The translations under genes were made by a program, and so were the position numbers. Of a stretch of DNA of 64,000 nucleotides, positions 1-13,364 are shown piece by piece. The notes beneath the pieces were generated by a model. The model made no database searches, was not told the origin of the DNA, and saw nothing but the letters and a program-made list of their open reading frames with translations. Position 1 is the first letter of the stretch; every line of letters starts with the position of its first letter. Where the stretch lies: the NCBI RefSeq assembly GCF_963921235.1, contig NC_086108.1, forward strand, positions 61,320,001-61,384,000, in the 5' to 3' direction. The DNA comes from Mobula hypostoma (Eukaryota).

Positions 1-1833
1 TACTAAGAGTTTTTTTAAATATATGAGAGTGAGAGAGTGACAAGGGTAGATACGGGACCGATTGAAAATGATGCTGGAGAAATTATAATTATTAACAAAG
101 AGATGGCGGAGGTTCTGAATGAGTATTTTGCATCAGTCTTCACAGTGGAAGACATGAGCAATATACCTGATAGCCAGAGGTATCAGGGAATAGAATTAGG
201 TACAGTCAAGATTACTAGAGAGAAAGTGCTTGGGAAGCTAAGTGGACTAAGAATAGATAAGTCTCCCGGTCCGGATGAGGTTCACCCAAGGGTTCTGAAG
301 GAGGTGGCTTTGGAGATTGTGGAAGCATTGGAAATGATCTTCCAGGAATCAATAGACTTTGGCATGGTTCCGGAGGACTGGAAGGTCGCAAATGTAGTTC
401 CGCTATTTAAGAAAGGAAGGAGGCAGCAAAAAGAAAATTACAGACCTATTAGTCTGACATCGGTAGTTGGAAAGATATTGGAGTCAATCCTCAAGGACGA
501 GGTTATGAAATACTTCGAGGTGCATGACAAGATAGGCCGAAGCCAGCATGGTTTCATGAAGGGAAGATCCTGCCTCATCAACCTATTGGAATTTTTTGAG
601 GTAACCTCGAATAAGATTGACGAGGGAGAGGCTGTGGATGTTCTGTATTTGGATTTTCAAAAGGCCTTCGATAAGGTGCCGCATATGAGGCTGCTTAATA
701 AGATAAGAGCCCATGGAATTATAGGAAAGATTTTGAAATGGGTGGAGCATTGGCTGATAGGCAGAAAGCAAAGGGTAGGAATAAAGGGATCCTATTCTGA
801 TTGGTTGCCAGTTACTAGTGGTATTCCGCAGGTGTCGGTGTTGGGGCCGCTTCTTTTTGCAATGTATATCGATGATTTGGATTATGGATTAAATGGTTTT
901 GTGGCTAAGTTTGCGGATGACACCAAGATAGGTGGAAGAGCAGGAAACGTTGAAGAAATGGAAAGGTTGCAGAGAGACTTAGTCAGTTTGGGAGAGTGGG
1001 CAACGAAATGGCAGATGAGATACAACGTTAACAAATGTACGGTTGTACATTTTGGAAGAAGAAATAATCAGGCAGATTATTATTTAGATGGGGAGAAAAT
1101 TCAAAAATCGGAAGTGCAAAGGGACTTGGGGGTCCTCGTGCAGGATACCCTAAAGGTTAACCACCAAGTTGGATCGGTGGTAAGGAAAGCTAATGCTATG
1201 TTGGCATTCATTTCAAGAGGAATAGTGTATAAGAGTAAGGAGGTGTTGACGAGGCTGTATGGGGCATTAGTGAGACGTCATTTGGAATACTGTGTGCAGT
1301 TTTGGGCGCCCTATCTTAGAAAGGATGTACTGATATTGGAGAGAGTTCAGAGAAGATTTACGAGGATGACTCCTGGAATGCAGGGGCTAACATATGAGGA
1401 GCGTTTGTCGGCTCTTGGATTGTATTCATTAGAGTATAGAAGAATGAGAGGGGATCTCATAGAAACATTTCGAATGTTGAAAGGGTTGGACAGAGTAGAT
1501 GTGGAAAGGTTGTTTCCCTTGGTGGGTGAGTCCAGGACAAGAGGCCATAGTCTTAGAATTAGAGGGTTAAAACAGAGATGAGGAGAAATTTTTTTAGCCA
1601 GGGGGTTGTGGATTTGTGGAATTCGTTGCCACATACAGCTGTGGAGGCCCGATCATTGAGGGTGTTTAAGGAGGAGATTGACAGGTATCTAATTAGTCAG
1701 GGTATCAAGGGATATGGGGAAAAAGCCGAAAATTGGAACTAGATGGGTGAATAGTTTAGCTCATGGGGGAGCTGCGGAGCAGACTCGATGGGCTGAATGG
1801 CCTACTTCTGCTCCTTTGTTTTGTGATCTTGTG
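1..1833 (+). mobile_element. CR1-clade LINE, young copy cut by the window start (ORF2 RT region plus 3' UTR)
   Basis: Contains the 514-aa RT ORF. The 3' end has the CR1-type motif GGCTGAATGGCCTACTTCTGCTCCT followed by a short TTGTGATCTTGTGA tail. Confidence 0.95.
37..1581 (+). pseudogene. CR1 ORF2 reverse transcriptase domain (partial, nearly intact)
   Basis: Motifs KSPGPD, NYRPISLTS, QHGF, YLDFQKAFDKVPH, GIPQVSVLGP (usually PQGS), FADD and LEYCVQFW are present. The frame breaks near 1565, before the usual RNFFSQ..V..WNSLP terminus, which continues in another frame. Confidence 0.93.
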
Positions 1834-1845
1834 AATTTCATAATA

Positions 1846-3480
1846 CAGGTTTCCCCCGCCATTCGAAGGTAGAGCGTTCCTATGAAACAGTTCGTAAGCC
1901 GAAATATCGTAAAGCGAAGAAGCAATTACCATTTATTTATATAGGAAAATTTTGTGAGTGTTCGCAGACCCAAAAATAACCTACCAAATCATGCCAAATA
2001 ACACATAAAACCTAAAATAACTGTAATACATAGTAAAAGCAGGAATGATATGATAAATACACAGCCTATATAAAGTAGAAATACTTATCCACAATCATTA
2101 CTGAACTGTTCTCCGTAGCAAAAATCTCACGCAAGCGCCGTTGGCAGAAAATCTCACGCAAGCGCTGTTGGCAAAAACACAGCGCAAGTGATCTCCAGTA
2201 ACCTTTAAGCTATGAAGCTGCCAAATCATACCAAATAACACGTAAAAATACACAGCCTATATAAAGTAGAAATAATGTATGTACAGTGTAGTATCACTCA
2301 CTGAAATCGGGAAGACAGCGCAGAGCACACTGATGATGGTGTGTTAGACTGAGTCGTCGCAGTTTGGGTGATGCAGTGGCCCCCACCCTCCAGGCCGCCG
2401 AGCAATACATTGCCACGAGGCATGCAGGGGTCCAGCGGTAGTCGGGAGGTGCACAGCACATCTTTAAGAAAAAAGCTGAAATAAACATGCTAATTAATTA
2501 GGTGCTGCCCAGCACGTAATTGTCAGCCCAGATCAGTGCCGATGGCCGATTGCATCATCTTTGATCTGGGCCGACATTTACGTGTGGGGCAGCACCTAAT
2601 TAATTAGCATGTTTATTTCGGCTTTTTTCTTAAAGATGTGCTGTGTGCCTCCCGGCTACTGCTGCATTCTCTGCGAATCGGTACAGTATCTGTCTGCGGT
2701 CGGGGTGTTGGTGTGGTGGGATACTGGGGTATCATCTCGACGTCTGTTTCCATTAGAGCGGGCAACTCATCTTCTCCTATGACTGCCCGCCTCGATGTCG
2801 AAGGTCGAGGTTTGTCGTCTGCTGTGGCTAGTGTGGAAGGCTTGCTTGACTGCTGAGCCTTGCGCATTTTTCTATCATACAGTTCTTTGTAAGAACTCAA
2901 GCTATCTTTCAAATATCCCCTAAACCGACGTACCCTTCAAAATTAAAGTCATACTTTATCAGTGCAGCGAAAATCTCACGCAGTTGCTTCACATTCATTT
3001 TGCTACTGCATTTGGTTTCGATTGTTACCCTTTCCTCTTCCAATTGCATCAGCTCTTCATCTATCAGTTCTTGGTCATGGGATGCCAAAACCTCATCAAC
3101 ATCATCTTCATCAACTTTCACAAGCCAAACTCACTTAGTCCTTACTTCATTCACCACGATCAAAATGCTTAATTATGTCTAGTTTTACGCTAAGTGTAAC
3201 ACCCTTACGAGCTCTTTTAGGCTTTTCCGACACCATAGAACTCATCTTGCTAACGGCTGCTCACAGACACGTGTTAAAGCAATGCCGTTCTGAATCCGGG
3301 GGAGAGCGGCTGCTCGGGCTGCGCGCTGCCTCTTATCACGCGCTGATTTTTTTTATCATGCGCTGCTTTTTTTTTGTAACAGCGAAAACACCTTCTGAAA
3401 GCGAAAACTGGGTACTAATGTAGGTCTTTCGTAACAGTGAGGTTTCGTAAAGCGAACATTCGAAAAGCGGGGGACACCTG
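1846..3480 (-). mobile_element. Internally deleted Tigger/pogo-type DNA transposon
   Basis: TIRs CAGGTTTCCCCCGCCATTCGAA (1846) and TTCGAAAAGCGGGGGACACCTG (ends 3480), with TA on both sides (1844-1845, 3481-3482). Minus-strand remnants include an N-terminal MVSEKPKRARKGVTLSVKLDIIKHFDRG (HTH-psq like) and C-terminal EDDVDEVLASHDQELIDEELMQLEEE and YKELYDRK. No DDE core is visible. Confidence 0.88.
2433..2664. repeat. Long internal inverted repeat (about 100-bp arms, about 26-nt loop) inside the Tigger element
   Basis: GCACAGCACATCTTTAAGAAAAAAGCTGAAATAAACATGCTAATTAATTAGGTGCTGCCC is mirrored by GGGCAGCACCTAATTAATTAGCATGTTTATTTCGGCTTTTTTCTTAAAGATGTGCTGTG. Confidence 0.93.
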
Positions 3481-4559
3481 TAATATAAATATATCAATCA
3501 CTTCACGGCCTTGCTTTTCTTTCTGTGAGATCTTTCTTCATTTTTGCTTTAAATTCAATCATTCATCCTAAAATTGATATCATTAACAACCAAATACATT
3601 TGCAAAACTCAACAGAAATCAGCTTGATTTCTTTTGAAGAAGGGCAAATGAAAAGAAATGTTTTGAGCTTTTTTTTGGAATATATGCAAGGGTGTTAAAT
3701 TTTCCACACTGTTAAGATCCATGTTCAACGGGTGTAGGTTCTCATTTCTGCTCAGCTATTCACAGCATAAACTGCACTACAGAGCAGTTGCTTTGAATGT
3801 TGATGTGGAAGGAAATTAATTCCATAAATCAATAACAGACAAGTGCAGATTATTTTCTGATGAAAGGTCGTTGACCTGAGGCATTAACTTTATAACTCTC
3901 TCTGTAGATGCTGCTTGATCTATTGGGAGTTTTCTTCCAATGTACTTAAAAAAATCAATTAATGTATGCAAAAGATACCCATTCCTGTAAGAAAGACATA
4001 AAAAAAATGTAGATTATAAATTTAAAACTTAAAAACCCATGAAAATCAGTGAACACAAGTACCATTTCCTTGAGACTTTAATGCATCATCAGGAGCATGC
4101 ACGATGGGTACTGCAAAGGGCTATATTTCAGCTGTTGGCTCTTCATTGATCCTGAGTCTATGACCTTAGGACAAGTGGTTTAGGCACTGCATAGTTTTGG
4201 TACTGAAAGAATCCAAAATCAAGGTGTCAGGAATAGCAGGTCTGAGAGGTCTTGTGCTGTGGCAGCAAAAGGGGTTGTGTGAATTGCAACACCAGCAGTT
4301 GGAGGATATAGTCCAGGTTCCCAGCACTGAGATGAGGGTGGGGAGGATGAAGAGACTTACATTAACAATGGGGGGATAAAGTTAGGAAGCCATGTGTCAG
4401 TTCCTGGGGTAATGAGAGAGTGAGGGATCTGGGGATGAAGATAAATTGTTAAATTATAAACAGAGACTTGTTTTCTAAAAGAAAGACCATCAACCACCCA
4501 TTTACAATAATTTCATTTTCATTTTCCCCATTTTGCCATCAGTTCCTCCCAGATTGTAA

Positions 4560-4725
4560 ACACCAGTGGCTGTTTAGAGTGGCCCATTAGCCTCCCCGTT
4601 CACACTTCTTTGGGAAGTGGGAAGGATCTGGACTTGTCACAGGGAGAAAAGGCAAACATCACATAAACAGCACTCTGGGTCAGGACTGAACCTGGGTTGA
4701 CCACCCTACTAGTGCAGCCATTATG
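4560..4725 (-). mobile_element. Decayed tRNA-derived V-SINE-like fragment
   Basis: CTTTGGGAAGTGGGAAGGA...GTCACAGGGAGAAAAGGCAAAC...CAGGACTGAACCTGGG resembles the reverse complement of the SINE at 10650 (V-domain and B-box). Confidence 0.55.
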
Positions 4726-5364
4726 CTGTCCTATCTGGCAGACTCGTTAGTCAAGAATTAAACTGGTAAGACTTTTGTTGTGCGCATTTTAATCTGATTC
4801 TAACCATTATGAAATTGAACCAGACGCTTCCAGGCATGGAAGTCTGGGAATGGATGTATGGGAAGAACAATGGTTGAATGGGTGGACGGAAGTGGTCAGA
4901 CAGTAAGGGCTTCCTTCTGCTACACTTTCCTTTCTCATCATGGCAACCTTTTGTCTGGTTGATACAGTTGCCATAAAAAGTGTACATTACGGTTTCATGT
5001 TTTCCCAAAGGGAAATGTAATAACACTCAGTTGCAGTTATTCTGCATCACTTCAGAAACATTTTTGGGTCAGATTCATTCGTGGGCCTTGATGTGATTTC
5101 TGCTTTTGGACTACATGGAATGATATAATTCCCCATGCAACATCCCCTCTGGATTGATCTGATGAATATTGTGCCAGGTCCAATTGCTACTGTCTATATG
5201 ACACAGGAGCAGAATTGGGCCATTTGGCCCATCAGGTCTGCTCTGCATTTCCTTCATGACTGATTTATTATCCCTCGCAACCCCTTTCTCCTGCCTTCTC
5301 CCCGTAACCTTTGACATTTTGACGAATCAAGAACCTATCAACCTCACTTTGAATATACTCAATG

Positions 5365-6393
5365 CAGATACTTATATCAGGATGCTGTTTATTGACCACA
5401 GCTCAACATTTAACACTATCATTTCTACAGTCCTGATTGAAAAGCTACAGAACTTGGGCCTCCGTACCTCCCTCTGCAACTGAATCCTCAACTTCTTAAC
5501 CAGAAGACCAAAATCTGTGCATATTGGAAATAACAGCTCCGCATTGCCGATAATTAACACAGGGATGTGTGCTTAGCCCACTGCTCTACTCTCTATACAA
5601 TCCATCACTGTGTGGCTAGACATAGCTCAAATGCCATCTGTAAATTTGCTGATGATACAACCATTGTTGGTAGAATTTCAGATGGTGATGAAAGGGTTAC
5701 AGGAGCGAGATATACCAGTTAGTTGGGTGGTGCCACAGCAACAACCTTGCACACAAAATCAGCAAAATTAAAGAGCTGATTGTGGACTTCAGAAAGGGTA
5801 AGACGAAGGAACGCAAACCAACACTCATAGAGGGATCAGAAGTGGAGAGAATGAGCAATTTCAAATTCCTGGGTGCCAATATCTCTGAGGACCTAACCTA
5901 CACGCAGCACATTGATGCAGCTATAGAGAAGGCAAGACAGCGGCTATATTTTGTTCAGAGTTTGAGAGAATTTGGTTTGTCAATTAAAACACTCAAAAAT
6001 TTCTACAAATGTACCATGTTTCCATTCTGACTGGTTGCATCACCATCTGCGGCGGGGAGGTGGGGGGACTAATTTTGCAGAAACTTGTAAAATTAGTCAT
6101 CTCGATCATGGATGCTAGTCTCAGTACTATCCAAGGCTTCTTCAGCAGCAGTACCTCAGGAAAGTGGTGCCCATCATTAAGGATCGCCACCACCCAGAAC
6201 CTGCCCTCGTCACACTGTTACCATCAGGAAGGAGATAGAGACGCACAAAAGTACGCACTCAGTGATTCAGGAACAGCTTCTTCCCCTCTGCCATCCAATG
6301 TCTAAATGGATATTAGACCCATGAATGCTACCTCACTACTTTTTAATTTGTTTTTTGCACTACTTATTTTAACTTTACTCCTACTTAATAGAC

Positions 6394-6428
<35 letters not shown>

Positions 6429-6490
6429 TGTGTATAAAAAAATATATGTATGTGTGTGTATATATATATATATATGTGTGTGTGTGTATG

Positions 6491-6522
<32 letters not shown>

Positions 6523-6633
6523 ATTTAACTCATTTTCTTTTCTCTATATTTACTTATTAGGTTGTACTGCTGCCATAGAGTTAACAAATTTCACAACATA
6601 TGCTGGTATATTAAACCTAATTCTGATTCTGAT
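5365..6633 (+). mobile_element. 5'-truncated Rex1/Babar-clade LINE nested in the CR1
   Basis: RT remnants [40 protein letters not shown] and FKFLG...KARQRLYF. It ends in an ATTCTG-repeat tail. A candidate TSD TCAATG lies at 5359-5364 and 6634-6639. Confidence 0.88.
6394..6521. repeat. Compound microsatellite (TATG)n/(TA)n/(TG)n
   Basis: Directly visible within the Rex 3' UTR. Confidence 0.97.
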
Positions 6634-9600
6634 TCAATGATTTGGCCTCCACAGCTGTCCATGGCAATGAATTCCACAGATTCACCACCATCTGGCTAAA
6701 GAAATTCCTCCTCTTCTCTGTTCTAAATGGACAACACTCCAATCTGAGCTTGTGCCCTCTGTTCCTAGGCTTACCAACTATAGTAAACATCCTATCCACA
6801 TCTATTCTATCTAGGCTTTCAATATTCAATGAGTATCAGTGATATCCCCCCTCATTCCTGTAAACTCCAGTGAGTACAGGAATCAAATACTCCTCATACA
6901 TTACCCTTTTCGCTCTCAGAATGATTACCAAAATCAGTCTCCTGAATCTCCTCTGAACCCTCTGGAATGCCAGTACATCTTTTCTTTGTTAAGGGGGCTA
7001 AAACTGCTGACAATACTCCAAATATAGTCTGACCAAAGCCTTATAATGCCCCAGCATTACATCCTTGCTCTTATATTCTAGTCCTCTTGATATGAATGCT
7101 AACATTGCATTTGCCTTCCTCTACCTGCAAGTTAACCTCATCCTAACAGCAGACTTCCACATCTTCCAAATCACTGAAGTTAGGCTATCTGGTATGTCAT
7201 TTCCTTTCTTCTGCCTCCCTCCCTTCTTAAAGAATGGAGTGACATTTGCAAACTTTCAGTCCTCCAGAGCCATTCCAGAATTGAAGTGGTTCTTCAAAGT
7301 TTATTACTAATGCCTCCACAATCTCTTCAACTACCTCTTTCAGATCACTCAGGTGTAGTCCATCCAACCCAGGTGACTTATCTGCCTTCAGACCTTTCAG
7401 CTTCTCAAGCAACTTGTCCTTAGCAATAGCAACGTTACTCACTTCTATTCCCTGACATTCTTGAATTTCTTGCACACTGCTAGTGTCTTTCACAGTCAAG
7501 ACTGACGCAAAATACTTGTTAAGTTCCTCCGCCATTTCTTTGTCCATCATTTCTACCTCTCCAGCAAAATTTTCCAGCAGTCCAATATCTACTCTTGCCT
7601 TTCTTTTATTCTTTATATATCTGAAAAGATTTTCAGTATCTTCTTGTTGGCTTACCTTCATATTTTATCTTTTCGTTACATATGGTTTTCTTAGCTTCCC
7701 AATCTTATTACTCCCCTCTAATTTGCGTGCTATTATCTGGTCTCTCTTTTGCTTTTATGCTGTCTTTAACTTTCCTTATCAATTACAGTTGCCTCAGCTT
7801 CCCTTGAAAATACTCCTTCATCTTTGGGGGTGTATCTATCCTGTGCCTTTTGAATTGCCCCATGAAACTCTACGTTGCTACTCTTCTGTTGTCTCTGAGA
7901 GTGTCCCCTTCGAATCAACTTTTGCCAGCAACTCTGTAATTTCCTTTACTCCGCTATAATTCTGATACATCTGACCTTTCTCTCAAATTGCAGGGTGATC
8001 GCATCCATATTATGATCACTGCCTCCTAAGGGTTCCTTTACCATAAGCTTCCTGTTTCAAATCTGTTTCATTACACTGCACCCAATACAGAGTTACCTTT
8101 CCTCTCGTGGGCTCAACCACAAGCTACTCTAAAAAGTCATCTTGTAGACACTCTATAAATTCCCTCTCTTGGGATTCTGCACCAACCTGATTTTCCCAAT
8201 CTACCTACATATTGAAATTCCCCATGACTATAGTTATATGCCTTTTCTATCTCCCATAGTAATTTTTATCCCACATTTTTGCTACTTTTCAGAGGCCTGT
8301 ATAAACTTCCAGCAGGGTCATTTTACCCTTATAGTTTCTTAACTCTGTTCACAAGGGTTCTACACCTTCTGATCCTTTGTCACCTCTTTCTAAGGATTTG
8401 ATTTCACTTTTTCACCAGCAGAGCCAACCACCCCCCACAACCCCACATGCCTACCTGCCTGTTCTTGCGATACCCAAGCCATACCATGAAACTTTTATAT
8501 ACCTCTTATATCTCTTGTCTCTGACCACTTCTGGATGCAATCCTTTCCCTTCCACAAAGTATAGGTTCGGTTCCCATTCTGGAACTATGTCACCCTGCCA
8601 TCCTGATAACCTGCACAGTCCTATGGCCTGGCTCTCCAACAGCACACTTTCATTTCCAAAAGTTTGCAATGCTTGCTTCGTTGGTTCTGAGGATTTGTGT
8701 GAGACAAGGGTGGCAAAACCAGAAGCCCATGACAGAAGTTGAAACGGTCCATATATGTAACATTCTTCACCACCGGATACAGCTTTAATTAATGAGATAT
8801 TAGAAATACCCGAGGTAACTCTGTACAGGAAATAGTTTTCACCATATTCCTAATTAACATCATTACAGTAATCCTCACCACTAATGCTTATGCACCAAAG
8901 GTGAGACTAAACTTTCAGCAGATGAATCTAAAGCAGCATTCCAATCAATAAAAATATTCTACACACATCATGTTTCAGAGCTAGCTCATCCAATTTCAGT
9001 TTTCAAATGAGAAAAATTGCAGTATTTTTCCTCATATCTCTCTGTCTCCAGAATAAAGCAAGATTGCACTGTTTACGCTTGCATATCAGTTACCAAATCA
9101 GACATGGTCATGATTAATGTCTAGGTTTACTAACATCGATAGAACCAACAGGCAATAGAAACATGTCTAACTTAAAAGGGGTGATGATTTCAAAATAATT
9201 GTCAAAGAATGAACAGGAAATTGTCATAACTGTATATTAGTCCATCAGTATATTAGTACATTTCTTCAGTATTTTGACATTAAATGTGTTCACTTGTTTG
9301 ACAGAATCATTACGTGAGGATTTGACAAGCTGGAAACTCTACAGCATGTGAAAACCTGCACTAAAATGGTTCATTTCTTCTTGGATCATGGGGAGTAATA
9401 CTTTGTTCACAAGACATGCGTGCTGGCAGTACATTTCCCAAATCTTCAGCTCAGACAGATAGGCACACTAATCTTTTGTAATTTCAAGAGTTGAGCACAA
9501 ATCACATAGTTGTATAACCTTCTGTCATGATAAGAACTCTTAAAGCCCTAGTCCTCAGAAACCCGTCTATCCTCATGAGAGTAGTCTAGGCTGCTCTCCA

Positions 9601-10649
9601 CCTCTCAAACAAAGGATATGGTGTCATTTCAATCATGAAGATGTCTGCTCTATTGGCCAGGATTTCAGAGCTGGATTCAATGGAGGATCCGCACAGTGAT
9701 TTAGGTGGGCTAGGCACACTTTTAAGGCCTGTTCTTGTAATTAAGTCCCTTGCAATTTCTTCACAATGTATTTGCATTCCAATTCTGCAGCAGAAATAAC
9801 AAATGTACATGGCTGATGTCACTGCTGTTTATTCAGCAGGGTATCATGCACACAGAGGACCATGAATCAATTTTTCATGCAGATACAGATGGGCCTTTCA
9901 CGTATTTGGAATGATTTTGCACTCTAAATCAATCATGGACGGCATAAAGACATTGGCTATGCAATTACATTTCTAGATTTACTATTTTGCAGATCTTCAT
10001 GCACCATCTGCCACTAACTTCTATTACATTAGAGATACATTTTTGCTATAATAATTATTGAGTGCAGCCCATCACTTTTTTCAGTACTTTGGTGTTGGTT
10101 TTTCTGTCACACGCTTATTCTGCAAAGCACTTTCCAAAAATTTTCAGTTTCTGCTCCACAATAATGAGCTCTCTGCATCACAGAAAAGTGCTCTCAAGCA
10201 CTTGGATCAGTGTCTTTTTGACCCTTAGCTCACTAACTGTTCAAACCTTGGTGTAGCAAACTACTGTTATGTTGATAATTAAATAGACCTTCAGTTACTT
10301 GAATGATGGCAGATTATTTAATTCAAGCTTTTGCAACTGGTAGCATAAATTCTCATTAAAAGCAATTAATGGCAATGTAGATATGTTTTTAAAAGGGAGT
10401 TCTGTGAATACTCAGCTCAAATCTGAAAATTATAAACACGAAGCAGTCTATAGATTGTTACTGGTCTAGACTGAGATCAGTCACCGCCGCTTGTCAGAGT
10501 TTAATTTTTCTATTTGTGTGTCAGACCAATATCAGTGCTTTTGCTGCGTTCCGACAGAAAAACACAAATTATACTTGTGCCTATTGATTTTTGAGGTGAA
10601 GGAAATAAAATGATTCAATAAAGACGCTCATTGGTTAAGGTCTGTAGAA

Positions 10650-10940
10650 GGTGGCACGGTAGCGTAGTGGTTAACATAATGCTTTACAGGACAGGCGACA
10701 TGGATTCAATTCCTGATGCTACCTGCAAGGGATTTGTTTTGTATGTTCTCCCCGTGACCACGTGGATTTCCTTTGGGTCTCTGCTTTCCTCCCACAGTCC
10801 AAAGATGTGCTGGTTGGTAGGTTAACTGGTCATTGTAAATTGTCCTTGATTAGGTTAGGGTTAATTCAGGGAATTGCTGGACAGTGTGGCTCGAAGGGGG
10901 AGGGCCTGTTCAGTGCTGCATCTCAATAAATAAATAAATG
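10650..10940 (+). mobile_element. tRNA-derived V-SINE-like element
   Basis: A-box-like GGTAGCGTAGTGG, B-box-like GGATTCAATTCC, V-domain-like CCCCGTGACCACGTGGATTTCC...TTTCCTCCCACAGTCCAAAGATGTG, and an (AAAT)n tail. Confidence 0.85.
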
Positions 10941-11869
10941 AAAAGAAGTTGGTTTGATGGACTAAATTACATTTTTCTGAACTATTTGTTCTTGTTTGCA
11001 TAAAGCTGGACTGCTGGATTGTTCTCAAGACCATTAGAAATTAAAATACATTATGGCATGCTGCCATCGGCTTGCTAATTAACAGGTATTTTCAAATTAT
11101 TCTGAGAATGGCCACAAAGAGAAATTCAAAAAGCATTCTAGATGGACTTCGTATAAAGGAATCTTTAAAAGGAATCAAGCAATTGTTTCTGCATCTATTC
11201 ATCAGGCAATGGAAATGCCTCACTGGGAATCTTCAAAATGGTCATTCAGCTTGACTACATCTTTAATCACTGCTTGATTTGTTTCCCACTGCTCGAGTAC
11301 TTCATAGAACAATCATGCCTTGACAGCAGGCAGCATACAGATGGTTGCCAATTCTTCATGTTCCATGCTTCAGTGCTTTAGTTTTAACTATACTGCATTG
11401 TAAATTCAAATTATTTTTCATTGAGTTATCATTTCCACAATAGCTCAACAGATCAGGGAAAAGATTAAATCCCTTTCATCAACAAAAATTGTTTTCATTA
11501 TTCCAATGAACCCCAAAATAACAATTAAGTCATTTTAACAGCCTACATAAGATAACCTATGAACCCACTCAATGATTAAGAAACAGGGCAAAAAATTGTT
11601 CGCTATTATAAAGCCCACAGAATATAATAAACCGAGAACTTCCATTAAACAGGGAAATACATTCTGTATCACATAAAAACATGCACACAGACTTGCCTTC
11701 TGTTTGTAATGTTTACATGGTGAGCTGTTAACATAACCAATTACTGAAATTAAAAGGAATAATGTGCTGAAAAGACTGCTAAGATATTAGGCTGATTGAT
11801 GTTGTATAGGTTGAAAGGATCCATGAATATAAACCTCTAGTTACGCTGGGACTGTCCCTCTTCACTGAT

Positions 11870-11987
11870 TCCATTATTGTTATTATTCTATTATGGATTT
11901 ATTGAGTATGCCTGCAAGAAAGCGAATTTCAGGGTTGTATATAGTGACATATATGCACTTTAATAATAAATTACTTTGACCTTTGAA
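11870..11987 (+). mobile_element. LINE 3'-UTR fragment (probably Rex/Babar family)
   Basis: GAATTTCAGGGTTGTATATAGTGACATATATG...AATAAATTACTTTGACCTTTGAA. The same motif recurs near 13365 (-), 32025 (-), 38765 (-) and 42680 (+). Confidence 0.7.
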
Positions 11988-12000
11988 CATACATACAGAT

Positions 12001-12190
12001 ACACATGAGAAAATCTGCAGATGATGTAAATCCGAAGCAGCATACACAAAATGCTGGAGTAACTCCGCAGTTCAGACAGCATCTATGGAAAAGAGTAAAC
12101 AGTCAACTTTTCAAGCCAAGACCCTTCTTCAGGACTGGGAGGGGGGATGTTGTGGGGAGATGCCTGAATTTAATGGAGGGTGGAAGGGGA
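12001..12190 (-). mobile_element. Penelope-like element 3'-end fragment with hammerhead-like motif
   Basis: Homologous to the 3' end of the element at 24272-27892. The minus strand reads AGTC-CTGAAGA-AGGGTCTTGGCTT-GAAA-AGTT-GACT. Confidence 0.85.
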
Positions 12191-12208
12191 AAACATATGG
12201 TATACATG

Positions 12209-12732
12209 CACAGAGTGGCCACTCTATTAGGTACAGGAGTGGAACCTGGTGTGCTCTACCGCTGCTGTAGTCTATCCATTCAAGGTTAGACATGCTGTGT
12301 GTTTAGAGATGCTCCTCTGCACACCATTGTTATAAAGCATGATTATTTGAGTTACTGTTACCTTCCTGTCAGCTTGAACGAGCCTGTCCATTTTCCCCTA
12401 ACCTCTCTCATTAACCAGACATCTTTGCCCACAGTACTGCTGCACATTTTTTGCACAATTCTCTGTAAAGTCTAGAGGTAGTTTTATGTGAAAATCCCAG
12501 GAGATCAGCAGTTTATGAAATACTCAAACAACCTTGTCAGGCACCAACAATCATTCCATGGTCAAAGTCACTTAGATCACATTTCTTCCCTATTCTGATG
12601 TTTGGTCTGAACAACAGTTGTATTTTTTGACCATGCTTTTACGCATACAGTCACTGCTACATGATTAGCTGATTAGATGTTTACATTAATGAGCAGGTGT
12701 ACAAGTGTACCTAACAAAGTGGCCACTGAGAG
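12209..12732. mobile_element. Non-autonomous Tc1/mariner-like element
   Basis: Imperfect TIRs CACAGAGTGGCCACTCTATTAGGTACA and TGTACCTAACAAAGTGGCCACTGAG enclose about 520 bp with no intact ORF. The superfamily call is from recalled similarity to fish Tc1 TIRs. Confidence 0.72.
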
Positions 12733-13364
12733 TGTGTGTGTGTGTGTGTGAAAGAGAAAACGACTGTGACCATTTGACTATTCACCTAAACTCTGCTCCA
12801 CATGACTTACATACCTCTGTAGTCACCTCTCAGCCTTCTCTCCTTCAAGGAAAAAGCCTCAGCCTATCAGGCCTCTCCTTATAACTCAAGCCCTCCAGTC
12901 CCATTAATATCCTTGTGCAACTTTCCAGTTTAATCACATCCCTCCTGTAGCTAGTCAACCAGAACTGCACATAATGCTCCAAGTGTTTTCTCATTAAAGT
13001 CTTGAACAGTTGTAACATAATATCCCAATGCTTGTACTCAGTGCTCTGACTGACTGAGGCAAGCATGTCAAATGCCTCCCTCATCCCCCTGTCTAGTTGT
13101 GTTACCGCTTTCAGGGAACTATGTACTTATACCCATCGGTCTCTGTTCTACAACACTCTGCAGGGCCTTGCTATTTACTGACCTAGTTTAACTTAGCAAA
13201 ATACATCCTAGTTAAACTCAATTTAGCCCTCTCTCCCAGTTGATCTGGATCCTGTTTTAATGTTAGACAACATTTTTCACCTATCCAATATGCCACCAAC
13301 CTTTCTGAAATCTGCAAACTTACAAACTGTGCCAATTCCATTCTCATCCAAATCGTTAGAGATC

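Larger units (their letters stand above)
5190..8520 (-). mobile_element. Decayed CR1 LINE, interrupted by a Rex/Babar LINE
   Basis: Minus-strand ORF fragments include RRNFFSQMVVNLWNSLP (6617-6829) and AEELNKYFASV...KSPGLDGLH (7227-7661). The CR1 3' end GGGCCAAATGGCCCAATTCTGCTCCT lies near 5205-5230 (minus). Confidence 0.88.

Noticed and set aside
1347..1634. Short antisense ORFs over LINEs and PLEs (also 7483-7959, 26836-27378, 50055-51265)
   Set aside because: These are shadow frames of transposon coding sequence.
10650..10720. tRNA gene
   Set aside because: The A/B boxes belong to a SINE head and no complete cloverleaf is present.
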